Part shown: positions 12,101-24,940 of the stretch, one piece after another | Layout: each line of letters opens with the position of its first letter | Numbering within the stretch: position 1 is the stretch's first letter | From: Cirrosporium novae-zelandiae | Taxonomy: Eukaryota | Length of the DNA: 64,000 nt | Assembly (NCBI GenBank): GCA_026023565.1 | Contig: JAPETS010000018.1 | Coordinates: 186,001 to 250,000, forward strand | Direction: 5' to 3' | Notes under the pieces: generated by a model | The model's database searches: none | The model's input: the letters and a program-made list of their open reading frames with translations, nothing else | What the model was told of the DNA's origin: nothing | Translations under genes and position numbers: made by a program

Positions 12101-15100
12101 CGCGTTTACGTTTCAATGGATCAACCTGTTGCGAGCAGAGGTTCAAAAAGCCACAGATGCTGATACCTCTCAAAGATGCTCTAGGTATGCATTATGGGCT
12201 GCTTTGCTCTGCAGGAGAACGTTTGACCTTGATGCTAAAGATGGGGAGAACCTACAACCCACAGCCCTTCGTTGCTTTGTAGAATGCTCGATTACCTTGC
12301 AGGACAACTTGGTCGGGGACCCCGGCTCATTGCCAGCTCTTTTACGAAATGCGCTTATTCGTGACTTAAAAATGGTCTATCGAATGCGCTTTATTCTTCG
12401 CCGATCTATTGAGGCCAGCCCGGGAAGCATGGTAACCGCAATTAACACTATGTGGCCGGAGGCTGAAGGAAGTCCAGCAAGATCTTCCTCCGGTCTAGAA
12501 TTCCTTCCGCATCCATATGAAGAGTGGATTCAGTTGATTTTCGATGCCACAGAGCATACAATGCAGCAGACTATACATTACCATTTACTCGAAGGGTATT
12601 TGTTTGTAGATGGGAAACCTTTAGGCAAGTTGCCAGCAGAATACAGAAAATCAATGACCTTACGTCAGCTCTTTGATAACCAGAGTCTATTAACATATCC
12701 TTCGGGACTTTATGGTATGACTTACATGTTAGCCATTCGCATGTACGGGCATCAGATCCATCTTGGTTTCCACAAAGGGAAACTTATTATTAGGGCACGC
12801 GTGCGTGGTACTATCTTGGAGTTCGTCCCACAAGAGGTGTTTTCGGGCTCATCTACTTTTGACCTACCAGCATGGCTCGTCCATGATTGTGTCCATTGGC
12901 TCGACCTTAGGACCGGAATTATGGAGATTAGGAAGAGGCCAGATATATGGAAATCTAAGACCAGCAACTGGGCTGTCGATCTTCATACTCGCCAGGCAAA
13001 ACGTCGTAGGGTCTCTTTGGTGGATCCACAGAGCGTACTATTTCAACAGATTGCAACTATTTTCGATCTATTTGAGTATCGCCATCATTTGACTGTGTTC
13101 CAGCCAACACGCGGGAATTTATCAGTTGAAATGCGCCGTTTAGAGCTTACTTTCGTCGTAAATAACAAAAGCCTCCTCGAATCGTCGCAATTACGATCAG
13201 AAATTGATCCTGACCAAGATGCTGGAACCTGGTATGGTCTAAATAGTAAACTCGTTCTTCGAGATGCAATTAACCCACATCAGCGCAGCATTATAGTCCC
13301 TACGGGGCGACTTCTACACAAACGAAAGGGGTTCCATGTTACCGTCACCGTTGAAAACAATGGCAAGTATGGTAGATTCATAATCAATAATATCATTGGG
13401 CGTATAGACTGTCCTGCCGAGCCACTCCTTCTGTACTTGAAAGCTCAGTTTCATGCTTATACGTCCTTTGTTATACCGGATACTTTGACGGGTCGAACAG
13501 GAGCTGAAGAGAGTTTACACTGCTTGAAGTCAGGCTATTGTCAGCCATGGACATCTCTTAGACCTGGCCCGTATCAAATCCTAAAATCAATCTCCGAACT
13601 CACTCCGAAAAGATGCTACTACCCAAAAGATATGAAGGTCATGCAGGAAGTAGCTTGGAATGAAGATTTGACTACCTCTATCCAACATGACGCATTCAGG
13701 CCGATTATCGAAGAAATTTGCAAAAAATCTGAGCAACTATCAATATTCGCTTCTCAGAAGACTGAACTTCCATCGCTTGAGTTTGCAGGTGATCCTCACC
13801 TGTTGCACCGGGGCTATTCGCGGCGTCATCTCTATTCGCGATCAAATATAGATTCTGATGAACAGGAAGCAGTTCCTGATTTGCCTTATGACGCTCGGGA
13901 TCGTTACCAAATTAGTCAAGGAAGTGTCAAGGTGTTTGAGACCGTCAGTCTCATTCGCAAGTGGGCATCTAAAATGCCTACCACTTCAGATTTGGCTGGA
14001 ATTTTCCAGAATTGGCCAACGGTCGGAGGATATGATCGATCTTTTGACAAAATGCTTCTTAGCGATCGCCTTGCTGTTCAATTTGATCTCGAGTGGGGAT
14101 CCTTGGTTAACTTTTGCCGTATCTCTGAACCCAAGGATAAGTTTCGACTCATGTTCTTGTTGGCTGTGGTATCATTTTGCAACGATGTTGATATGGACAT
14201 TGTACGGACATTGATTGCTTTTGCGGTATTGGAGGACCTTAAAGCGCTTAGTCCTCCAAAGTGGCCGTCCTATACCCAATTCCGGCAGAACCAAATTCCA
14301 TCGATCGACCATCTTTTTCCATTAATGAAGGATTGCTGTTTCCCTTATCCTGACGATGATAGGGATACCCTTCAAGATTTAAAGCTAAGCTTCAAGCAAC
14401 GCAAAAAATTTGAAGCGGCTGAATTAGCCCATGAACGCCAAACTGAGAGCGACTGTAAAGCCCTTGCACAATTTCTCTTAGAGCAGTGGCCCTGCCTAGA
14501 ACCAACAATTGAGGGGTTTTCTAGACCAGTGCTGGTTAATGTGGCCCAAGCTATGGAAATGATTCGTCCGGAGTGGAAGCGTTTGTTCCAGAATATGGAA
14601 CTTTCATACCATATTCAACAAGTGCAGCTTATTTTAGATCGACACCGTACTGAGAAAAATATTGAGGCCCCCAGCAACATTATCAAAACTCAGGAGGTGC
14701 TTCCTACAAGATACCGTGGTGGCGAATTTCCATCTCTCTCTCGGAACCTCTTACGCAAGGCTGGCCCAGCCCTATCTAAGGAACTTTCAATTATATCCAA
14801 CAGAGATAGTAGCCTCATCGCTGGTAAGTGTTTTGATCGTGACATCGGTACCGTTCCAGGTAGCCATTTTCTAGCTAGGGACACAGTGACAACTACCTCT
14901 TATGAGATCCGGGAGCTTAATGATATTATCAATGGCCTTACGGGGTGCCAGTCTGCTGTACGACAACAGTATGGCCGAGACTTAATGCAAAGTTTGAATG
15001 CGCTAAGGGTACAGAAAAGCATTCCAGAGCAAAGCGACGAATCAATTAATTTCGCCATGCTATCCGTAGAGATCACAAAGTCCCAACAAGCACTCAATGA

Positions 15101-18100
15101 CCAGTTCAATAAGATTTGCAGGGCATTCGAACAAAGCGACTCCCGTGTCCAGTGGCTCCAAGAAGGTGGCTTATGGCCATGTATAACGCCAGTCACGCTT
15201 CTTGAGCAATTGCGATCTACATCATCCTCTATATTTGGAGACCGCATGAAGGAAAACCTTGTCATATACGCGTTGTCAATTACAGCTTTGCAACGTCTTA
15301 CGAGAATGAAGGACGCTCATCGGAAGAATGATACTCAAAAATTGGCGGAGGAACAAAAGAATGCAGGCCATAGAAATTGGAATCCGCTGAAATATCCGGA
15401 CTGGCTTCTCTTGGAGATTGATGCAAATATCTTGATTCGACCCGAGCAAGTCGATGTCGCACTCACAACTATTTCCCCAGCTTCTAGGTTAAATTCAGTC
15501 TTACAGATGAATATGGGACAAGGTAGGGATACAATGTTCCCTGTTATTCCTGAAATTCCCTTGAGACTTTGGTAGGTGTAGCTAACTCGAATCTCTGAAG
15601 GTAAAACATCTTGCATTATGCCAATGGCTGCTGCAGTCCTAGCAGACTCAAGTAAACTTCTCAGAGTCGTCATCCCTAAACCTTTACTATTACAGACGGC
15701 TCAATTGCTTCAGACTAGGCTTGGAGGTCTGCTCGGTCGTGAAGTGAGGCATATTCCGTTCTCGCGCAAGACTTCGACTAAGTCAGACATCATTAATGAG
15801 TTATACAATATTCATAGAACTGTTCTCGAATCTTCAGGGGTTATGCTGGCCCTTCCAGAACATATTCTGTCCTTCATGTTAAGTGGACTGCAAAGATTGT
15901 CAGATGCTCGAATCCCAGAGGCGAGCCAGATGGTTAAAGTCCAGTCCTGGATGAAAAGGGTATGTCGAGATATACTCGACGAGTGCGACATCACACTTGC
16001 TGTTCGAACACAACTGATATACCCATCTGGTTCGCAACAGACTGTGGACGGCCATCCTCATCGTTGGGAGATGGCTCAGGCTTTGCTATGGTTAGTAGAG
16101 GGTCATTTGTGGAATCTACAGCAAAAATTTCCTCAAAGTCTCGAGGTAGTCTCAAGGCCTGGTGGCGGGTTTCCAGTTGTTTTTTTTCTCCGCCAAGATG
16201 TTGAGGATGATTTAATCGCGCGACTAGTTAATGATGTTTGCAGTGGCCGGATATCAATCGTTCCGACAAGAGACTGCACGAAATCCGATCGCCTTGCTAT
16301 TGAACAATTTATTTCAGGAGCCAAGGTTCGACGAGGCATCATACAACGGATTGATAAGATGTTTCCTGACAAGCCTGCTGCAAGAAATTGCCTTTATTTA
16401 CTCCGAGGTTTATTAGTGCACCGCATACTACTTCTAGCTCTCAAAAAGCGTTGGAACGTGCAGTATGGACTAAACCCGGATCGCGACCCTATTGCTGTTC
16501 CATTTCATGCTAAAGGTGTCCCATCGGAGCAAGCGGAATGGGGCCATCCAGATGTAGCCATCCTCTTCACATGTCTTGCTTTCTACTATGGTGGTCTCAC
16601 TATTACTCAGATTCGTCAGAGTCTCGAGCATCTCTTAAAATCTGATGACCCATCAAGTGAGTACGATCGGTGGATACACAGCTCAGGGAGTCTTCCCGAC
16701 TCGTTGCGGGAATGGAACGCAATTAACGTTGATGATGGAACCCAGCTCATGGAAATTTGGAAACATGTTCGTTACAATGTGGTGGTGGTTGACTACTTCT
16801 TGAATAACTTTGTTTTCCCCAAGCACGCCAAACAGTTTCAAATAAAGTTGCAAGCATCTGGATGGGATATCCCACTCCTTCCACCTAGAAATCTATCTTT
16901 GGCGACGCCGGAGCATCCAAAGAGCATTGGTGGATACTCACAGGCACTGACTACAGGCTTTAGTGGAACCAACGACAACAAAACAATGCTACCACTGACT
17001 ATTAAGCAGGAAGATCTCTCTGGTCTTTCACATACGAATGCTGAAGTGTTGACTTACTTGCTACAGCACCGAAGTCGACAATATGTGCTAGCTGCGGACG
17101 AAGGTGGGAGGCGCCTATCTGAACTAGACTTACTTAAAAAGTTTAGCGAAATGAAAATCCGAATATTAATCGATGCTGGCGCCCAAATATTGGAGATGGA
17201 CAACTTAAGTCTTGTGAAAGCATGGCTTAGCGTGGACTATGAAGCTCCGGCTGCTGTTTTTTTTGACCCTGACAACAGGCCTTTTGTGCTTTATCGGCAT
17301 GGTCTTCAAATTCCGCTCGTAGCATCTCCCTTCGCTGAAAATTTGGCTGATTGTCTTGTATATCTCGACGAGGCCCACACTCGAGGCACGGATTTGAAAA
17401 TACCAATGAATGCCCGTGGAGCATTGACGTTAGGTCTGGGCCAGACCAAAGATCACACAGTTCAGGGTTCGTAGAAACATCGAGGTCCTTTTTGACTGAA
17501 TAGTAAACTGACATATGAACAGCCGCAATGAGAATGCGTCAACTAGCCACTTCGCAGTCTATTTCGTTCTTCGCCCCCCCAGAAGTTCATCAGAGCATTC
17601 TTGATCTTCGCAAGAAGAAGTCTGGTGATCTTATCAACTCGTATGATGTTATATGTTGGCTTCTAGAGCAGACGTGTAGCGGCATCGAACAGCTCCAGCC
17701 TTTGTACTATTCCCAAGGCGTAGACTTTTGCCGGCGCACGCAAGCTGCTTTAAGCAATCGCGATTTCCTTGTCGATAAAGATCAACGTAGTGTATACCTT
17801 GAGGATTTGCGACAAGCCGAACAGCAGACCCTAGAGCAGCTGTACAGGCCCAAGACAAAGGTGAAGCCGGCTAAAAGTATGGGGTCCCTGTCCCCAGAGC
17901 TAGCAACATATATGAAGGAACTCAACGTTCGGAGACAAGAGTTCCAAGATACTGGCAATGCGGTTCATGGCTCCGCACTACAAGAAGTGGAACAAGAAAG
18001 GGAGGTCGCGTATGAAGTTGAGGCTGTTCGTGAGGTGCAAAAACCAGTTCATTATCCACCCTTATCATTCCCGGGACTTCATAGGGACATTATCAGCTTT

Positions 18101-19189
18101 ATTATGACTGGCAGGCTTGCCGCAGGTTCTGCAGGATACGAGCAAGCATTTGAGACTTTACAACGCACTGCTCTAGGAAAGAAACATGGGATTAGTAGCG
18201 AGGCTACCGCTTCTAAGTTGTATGTATCGTCAGAGTTTACGAAGACGATTAGCTTGACCCGGAACCGTCCAAATGACAATTTCCAAGTGAGTCATGGCCT
18301 TTTGCCCCTGTTTAATTCTTAAGCCCTCGCTATCTCGGCGTCTTTGTGGGACATATTCTAGAAGTATAAGCTAATAATTTTGCTCTAGCGCCACATCAAC
18401 TGGATTCTATGGAGTACGATGACTGAAACAGCCATCGTTGTAATTCCAGAAGAAGCTGAACTTATAATTCCTCTTGTCTACGAGAACAAAGCACCTCTTA
18501 CACATTTACTTACATACTCGGCTCCGGTGACTCGGAAAATGCTTCATTTCAACAACCTTGACTTTTATGCAATTCCGGGCATGTCAAGAGGATGGAAGGC
18601 TCCAATGTGGCTTATTATCGAGCTCGGGATCTTTGCTGGACGCCTGTACTTCGAGTATGAGGAGTACAAAGATCTGCAGAAATATCTTGGCTTTCAAGAA
18701 GCTGTCACAATTTCCACGGAGGCGACAGATAATAGAGCGACACTATCTGAACTAAATGGGATAGATAAGTTAGTTGACGGTTCAGTCGATGGATTAAATA
18801 TAAGTACGAGAGCTGGGGAAGTTCAGAGTTTCACAACGAAGCCTTTGACATTTCTCCAAGAATGGCTAGCTCTAAGACGGAAAGGGCAAGACTTTACACA
18901 CACCCCAATGGGGTACGTATGCCAGGGGAAGCCGTTATCACAGAATCATCCGTTTTTCAGGAGAGTTGAGGACGATGGTGTTACGAGAATAGAGGCTGTT
19001 GATATGAGAACCGGTCACAGCGAAGAAAGTAGTGCAGGAACACATAGCACTGATAGCTTTTCCTCTAGCGAGACGTTCGATGATGATGATGACGGCGACT
19101 ATTCTGACGATAGAGAGAACAAAGATGGGATATTGGATGAAAGCGACCCGGACAAGGAAGCGGGAATTATGGATGATAAAATGTTTTGA
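9191..19189 (+). CDS. Giant (~3,231 aa) DUF6606-DUF3638-DUF3645 P-loop/SF2-helicase-like protein
   Basis: Exons 9191-9543, 9611-15522, 15601-17466, 17523-18286 and 18389-19189 total 9,696 nt in frame. Motifs: LFNHIALPPRLPG, RKRVRDDVCW, QMNMGQG/KTS (Walker A), DILDECD (Walker B), AVPFHAKGVPSEQAEWGHPDV, GFSGTND, LIDAGAQ, YLDEAHTRGTDLK, QAAMRMRQL, ALQEVEQEREV, RRKGQDFTHTPMG, plus an acidic tail. Confidence 0.9.
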
Positions 19190-20083
19190 GAAAGGGGTAT
19201 TGGATTATGACAGATAAGTCAATGTTTCTAAATAGACTCGGAGAGTTTTAATGATGATAATGAGTTGTGGGTTAGTAATACATAATTAGCAATAAAACTT
19301 AATGGTTTCCCCTAACTTTGATAATGAATGGACTCTAATAGTAGGGGACAGATATAATCTGTGCATAATTTCTAGGTTGAGGGTCTAGAATTCGAAGGGG
19401 GGGCTTGTAATAATGTGTAGAATACCTAGCTGGGACTAATTCATTTTTTTTGATGACAAGCGCAACTTTGATATGACTAGTACCTACGACCTGGTGTACT
19501 CAATCAACAATCCCAACCAACCAACAACTTCACCTTCACCTTCATACACAGTACAGTGCAGGGATATCCAAGCTACATATATCAACCCTATATAGAAACA
19601 GAGCACGTCTTACGGAGTAATAATAGGCTAGCTTTCTAACCTCTCTCTAGTTCAAACACCAGACGGTAGGTACTCCAGCCCTCCTCCTCTTAGGTACATG
19701 TACAGTATCTATGAAATTCTCGAATGCTTTCGAAAGGGCCTAACACGCACTAAAAGACGAACTGCATGGTAGATGACGCCTCGAAGAGAGTGTCGAAGGG
19801 GGTTTTGACCATAGACGTTGGAAGAAATCGTAAGGTCGAATATGATTAGTTTCTGTTAGAATAAGTAAAAGAGCGGACTAGGGGTGGTTTTTAATGGGCT
19901 TGGAGTTTGTGGAAAGATTATTGAGGATAATATTTTGTGCGAACCTGATATCCCCGATCTAATGTCTAGTAGGGGATGCGATCGATCACATGGACTGACT
20001 ATTCACGCTACATGAGAGTATTTGGTACCTGCCACGGCTACATAGGCTTCGCTATTTACCCAAGAAATACCAATATCCCTCAA

Positions 20084-21088
20084 CTATTCCATCATTGATA
20101 TTTCATCATCCGAATCCGAGAAATCATAACCAGCGACCCTTTTGACCTCGGCCCACGGCATGTCCCCCGCCCATTCGCGAATATCATAAACATCATACTC
20201 GCGCGTACTATCTCCGATGGTTTCCACAATGTTGGCCTTTTTACCCCTTCTTGCTACTATTAACATGTTCTTCCCTCTCTCCTTGCTGCTCATGAGAAAT
20301 GGATCCTCCTTGGCCGCATACTCAAAACCGCACCCCTTGGACTCTTCCTGCTTGAAGCTCTCGAACGTCAGGCCTTCAAAATAATCTGCAGGATTGTCGA
20401 CGGTTTTAGCTCGATAGATTTTAACAGAGGCGACAGAATCCTTGCCATCGCGCTCCTCGAGAATTCGGTTCCATGAAGCTGGTTGAGGTGCCCGTTTATA
20501 ATATGGCTCGCCTATAAGCGCCTGTTCGCATTTCCAGCCCAAAGTTGTCGAGCGAGGAATAAAAACCCGCAGCGTGTTCCACCCATTGCTTCTCCCAATC
20601 AAGCTTGTGATGGTCGAGTAGAGCACCTGATCACGCGCAAGATTGTCTCCTCCCTCACTCTCAAAGCTGGGGCTGCCGTCAACCTCAAGGGTATCTAATT
20701 GCATGCCCGGGACCATGGTGAGTACATTTCCTAAGCGATAAAAGACATCGTCATCGTAGTCCGGTGGCAAAAGCATCAACGGTGCCGAGCCCACCCTAGC
20801 CCGACGGATGCGACTCAAAACCGATAACGGCAACGGCGCGAACTTGTCCAGAAGAAATACAACATGCGTAAACTCAAACAACACCAGCTTCAACCATAGA
20901 TCCCTGGTTTCATTGTGAATCTGACGACAGGTCTGGAGAACTGCAAGGCTGTTAGGGGCCGGCTGCACATGAACCGAGGTGATTCGATCTGAGAAGATTT
21001 CGCCCCACTTGAGGGTTGTGGAACTGAATAGGAAATCCCAGATGAGATCTCTTAGCTCATAAGGCAGGTGCAAAAGTTTGCTGTTCAT
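20084..21088 (-). CDS. Hypothetical protein with N-terminal F-box-like motif, intronless
   Basis: 334-aa ORF beginning LLHLPYELRDLIWDFLF...LAVLQTCRQIHNET, typical of fungal F-box-like hypotheticals. Confidence 0.75.
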   Translation of the reverse strand: MNSKLLHLPYELRDLIWDFLFSSTTLKWGEIFSDRITSVHVQPAPNSLAVLQTCRQIHNETRDLWLKLVLFEFTHVVFLLDKFAPLPLSVLSRIRRARVGSAPLMLLPPDYDDDVFYRLGNVLTMVPGMQLDTLEVDGSPSFESEGGDNLARDQVLYSTITSLIGRSNGWNTLRVFIPRSTTLGWKCEQALIGEPYYKRAPQPASWNRILEERDGKDSVASVKIYRAKTVDNPADYFEGLTFESFKQEESKGCGFEYAAKEDPFLMSSKERGKNMLIVARRGKKANIVETIGDSTREYDVYDIREWAGDMPWAEVKRVAGYDFSDSDDEISMME

Positions 21089-21720
21089 CGTAAAAAAAAA
21101 TTTGTTTGTATCTTGAATGAGAAAGGCGGCAGGTCGGGCGGGGGGCTTTTATGGCTTATGGCCTGCCCGCTCAAAGTCTGGATTGGTTAGTTGTTTGGTT
21201 TGTTCAATTGGATGTTGTGGGCGGTGAATATAAGGGGGCGGGAGCACGGGCCAGCTGCGCAATCACATGACACGTCTGCGGCACGGCACGCACTGTGTTT
21301 CCTTAGACCTGTGTATCTAAAAGTTTATTCAAACGACGATAATCATCCTAAATGTGGATGTTTTCAAGCTGACACATGATATATATATCAATCAAGCAAC
21401 TAACATGTTTTTTCATCTAGACAGAATCCAAGCGTGAAGTTTTCCAACATGTACACAACTCAAACTAATCTAGCATCATGCCGACATCCCCACTTTGTTT
21501 ACCCCGGAATTATCTTAAAGCCTTCGGGATGATACCTGACATCCCCGCGAAACCCATTTCGAATTCCCCGAACTATGGCCTATCTGGCTTTACTATAAAA
21601 TAAATCAAAACACTGACCAACTTCATACCAACACTCAATCTTTGCTCCTTTAAATTTATTTGAATATCAAGTATTTTTTTAAGCAGTCTTTATTTTCGAG
21701 CCACCACAAATACTCTTATA

Positions 21721-22548
21721 ATGCCTGCTCTAAAAGTTCCCGGTGCTACACTTCACTACGAGACTTTCGGCACCGGTCCCATTCTCCTCCTTGTCCCAGG
21801 GGCAGACGGCCGCGGAAGTGTCTTCCACAATACTGCCAAATACCTCGCATCGCACTTTACAGTTATCTGTTGGGATCGCCGCGGCTTCTCCAAAAGCTTT
21901 CTTGTCGGCCCCCAGGATTTCTCCAACCGCCTGTCTACTGATGCTGATGATGCAGAGCTCCTGATCAGACACCTTTCTCGGGAGCCTGCAGCTGTCTTTG
22001 GCAATTCCTCTGGTGCTATTGTAGCTCAAAGCCTGCTGGCACGGCACCCAGATTGCGTCAAGGCTGTCGTGGTTCATGAGCCGCCTTGTCTTTCTGTGCT
22101 GCTGGAGCAACCTCGCACTCAGGGAACTGAGCTCATGCAACATATCTACGACACGTATCGGGCTCGTGGCCCAGAAGCCGCCATGGAGGTATTCACGTCT
22201 AGGCTATCAGAAGGTGACGACGACGGGGCAATGATGCGCCACTGCATGGATGCCACGCGGGGTGACGAAATCCGGGCTAATATGCTATTCTGGTTCGAAT
22301 TCGAACTAAGGCAGTATACAGGGGCAGCGGTGGACATGGCTGGAATTGAGATGGAAAAAGAAAAATATATTCCTGCAGCAGGAATTGATTCGGGGGAAGG
22401 AGGACCCGTCGTGAGCCCGATCGCAACCATTGCCGGAAGGCTGGGGAAGAAAGTGGTAAGGATTCCTGGCGGACATGTGGGATTTATGACACAGCCCGAG
22501 GAGTTTGCCCATGGTTTGTGGGAGATGCTGAAGGGGAGATTTGAGTAG
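21721..22548 (+). CDS. Alpha/beta-fold hydrolase (YraK-like esterase), intronless
   Basis: Motifs VPGATLHYETFGTGP, WDRRGFSKS, nucleophile elbow GNSSGA, HEPP and catalytic-His motif PGGHVGF. Confidence 0.9.
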   Translation: MPALKVPGATLHYETFGTGPILLLVPGADGRGSVFHNTAKYLASHFTVICWDRRGFSKSFLVGPQDFSNRLSTDADDAELLIRHLSREPAAVFGNSSGAIVAQSLLARHPDCVKAVVVHEPPCLSVLLEQPRTQGTELMQHIYDTYRARGPEAAMEVFTSRLSEGDDDGAMMRHCMDATRGDEIRANMLFWFEFELRQYTGAAVDMAGIEMEKEKYIPAAGIDSGEGGPVVSPIATIAGRLGKKVVRIPGGHVGFMTQPEEFAHGLWEMLKGRFE

Positions 22549-22613
22549 TCACTTTTTACGAGGCCTAAGGATAGGGTGTAACTGGTGTGATATTTATGAC
22601 TGATAGTCTAAAG

Positions 22614-23020
22614 TGTAAGGTGGAGAGCTTACTCTATAAGGTGGCCTTAGGGCATGTGCCCTAGCAGTCTAACCTAATAGGGAACCGTAACACCACTGCT
22701 GCTTCTTCGTGAAAGAATCTTATAATATGACCCTCTTGCGTATAGTTCGCCTTTACCAGTAGCGAGTTATGCTATATTTCCCTAAAAGTCATATCTCTCA
22801 AAAGGACCAACAATCAATTAGTTCAGCTTCGCCCCTCCCTCGAATCCACTCCTTCAGTTATAAGAGGCAACAGTCTCACATCTAGTAAAGATACACACCC
22901 AATAAAGGTGGGGGGTCAAATTGTGTATGTGATAGGAAGTGAAGTTCTATTTTCTATACTAAGGGCTATTTATACTCTGTATCGGGTTTCTTGTAATTAC
23001 CCGCTTACCGTACCCTTACA
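22614..23020. mobile_element. Candidate degenerate solo LTR (~407 bp)
   Basis: Termini TGTAAGG...CCTTACA form a 7-bp inverted repeat with TG...CA ends. Internal TATAAG and AATAAA. GTCTA lies right after the 3' end and 3 bp before the 5' end (imperfect TSD). TpA-rich. Confidence 0.35.
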
Positions 23021-23426
23021 GTCTATTCGTAACAAGTAACCTAGTTAAACCCCCACGTACTTTTCCATCCGACTTTAACTTTTCACGCGTGGCATGCTCA
23101 TTGGGGAGATGTAAGATGATTCATTAAGCCTAGCTAGTTATTTCTATATAACCAAGTTCGGTTATTAAACCCTAACCGTTTTGGATTAGATGGCGTAAGC
23201 GATAATTACAGTAACCCTTTCCCAAAGCCTTTACTTGCGATAGACTCCATAACAACGTAGGCTCAACTTAGGTCATTCAAGTTGATTTCTTGAGTAGAAG
23301 GGTCTCGAGGAATTCCTGTCTCTGCAAGCATTCGCTGAGTGACACTAAAGATTCGTTTGCGATGATGGTCGCTAATTGGTCTTTTCTCTCAGGCAGTATC
23401 TATTTGGGATTAGCATAATCGTAAAA

Positions 23427-24940
23427 CTAAAGATAAACGTAACTTACATTGTGACTTAAATATCAGGACTCGGTAAGGGACTTAGAATTTGTAAAGTCGC
23501 TATAATTCTGGTCCATTGATAGCATCAATCCGATTAAAAATTCGGAGCTGGCTCAAAGTCTGAGGCATGGCTTTCGTTAGTTGTCTCAGTATTCAATTGT
23601 GGATCTATATTTGAAACTGCTAAGCCCAGCATGTCTAGAATTAGCATCAGATCAAAAAAAAAAAACTCTTTAAAAACAGTATTTATCCTCGACTTCTAGC
23701 TACTGATATGTAACATCGAAAAGCTTTTAGGGCCCTGATACCCTCAGATGCAGACTAAACCTACGTTTTGCGATATTCGAATATCTGTATAGCTCTCTCC
23801 CAGGAGATTTTTGCAGGATCCACATCCAAATCGACTTCCAGTTGCGGACACAGTGTGGCTACCACAAAAACAGTAGCAGCCGCGAATGCAACTATTCAAT
23901 ACAGTTAGCTTCAAGAGACCTACAAGGCCCATATGAAGATGAGATAGTGATCTGGGTATGCTACAATATACGGAATGCCAGCTCGAGCTTCCATCTAGGG
24001 ATTGAAGGTCTTCACAGAGCTTCTCAAGGATCGTATGAGTTGCAGATACACAGAGGCGGCTAGTCTCATTTACGATGCTTTGCTCTAGCTTTGAAGTATT
24101 GGGTCTTTCTGCATATTGGGGATACTTAACACCTGTCCGGGCTTCAGCTCGGAGCGACGGCCTAAGCAAGAGAAGATGTATATATAGGGACCTGAAAGAT
24201 ACTAGCAGAGTGTCAAAGCATGTAGCGATGCACACCTGTAGTGTAATGTCTTTGCTTGCAACTGGAAACACTTTCCACGAGAGTCCTCGGGGGTGGCAGA
24301 TTTATAGTTTAGTTTGAGGTGACTCGGAAGATTGTCAAGAAAATCGTCAAGTCTTGAATTGAGAACAATTGCATCAATAGTTAGCTGGTGGGATATCCTA
24401 TGACTGTGGCTATGTGTAGACTGCCCGTCATGGAAGTAAAGCGTAGACAAAATATCACCTAGAATGTTGAAAGCCTAATAGAATGTATGAAGAATGCCAT
24501 TCGCGATGGATCATTTGATGGTTGACGTCCCTCATGAGTCTCCAACAGATACTCATCATCAATTGGCTCAGGTAGCTTAACGGTCCAGGACTTAGAAAGT
24601 AAGGAAGGCTGGCCACAGGTTGTCACTGTGAGCCTAAATGTAGAGTGCACCAACAGTCGTTAGAGAAACCATTTAGTGTTCTAGGAAAACTGGAAGAACC
24701 TACCGATCCAATATAGCACAAGCATGCCAAACCCTACGTTGCATCTCACAACTCACATGATTCTTAGTGGAGGCATCACCTCTATTTATGTGTAGACTAA
24801 GTCCTTGTACAACCCTCAGCGCCACATCGATTATGTTCCAGCAACGATTCGCATGTTTTGTAGAATGAAGATAGATACCTGTTAAAAGAAGTAACTGCAC
24901 CGTCGGTAACGAAGAGGTATCCAGGCATGCTGGTCCCAAA
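23427..24940 (-). pseudogene. Decayed, 5'-truncated fungal-specific transcription factor (Fungal_trans domain)
   Basis: Recognisable segments: SSLPTVQLLLLTGIYL...QGLSLH...EMQRRVWHACAILDR, LPEPIDDEYL, HLLLLRP. Lesions: frameshift at ~24470, in-frame TAG at 23761-63 and 23755-57 (KT*V*SA), TGA at 23463-65. No Zn cluster upstream. Confidence 0.85.

Noticed and set aside
9191..19189. Five separate genes, or a Starship/giant-transposon captain
   Set aside because: Four canonical introns join the pieces into one frame. No tyrosine-recombinase (DUF3435) motif or element boundary is visible.
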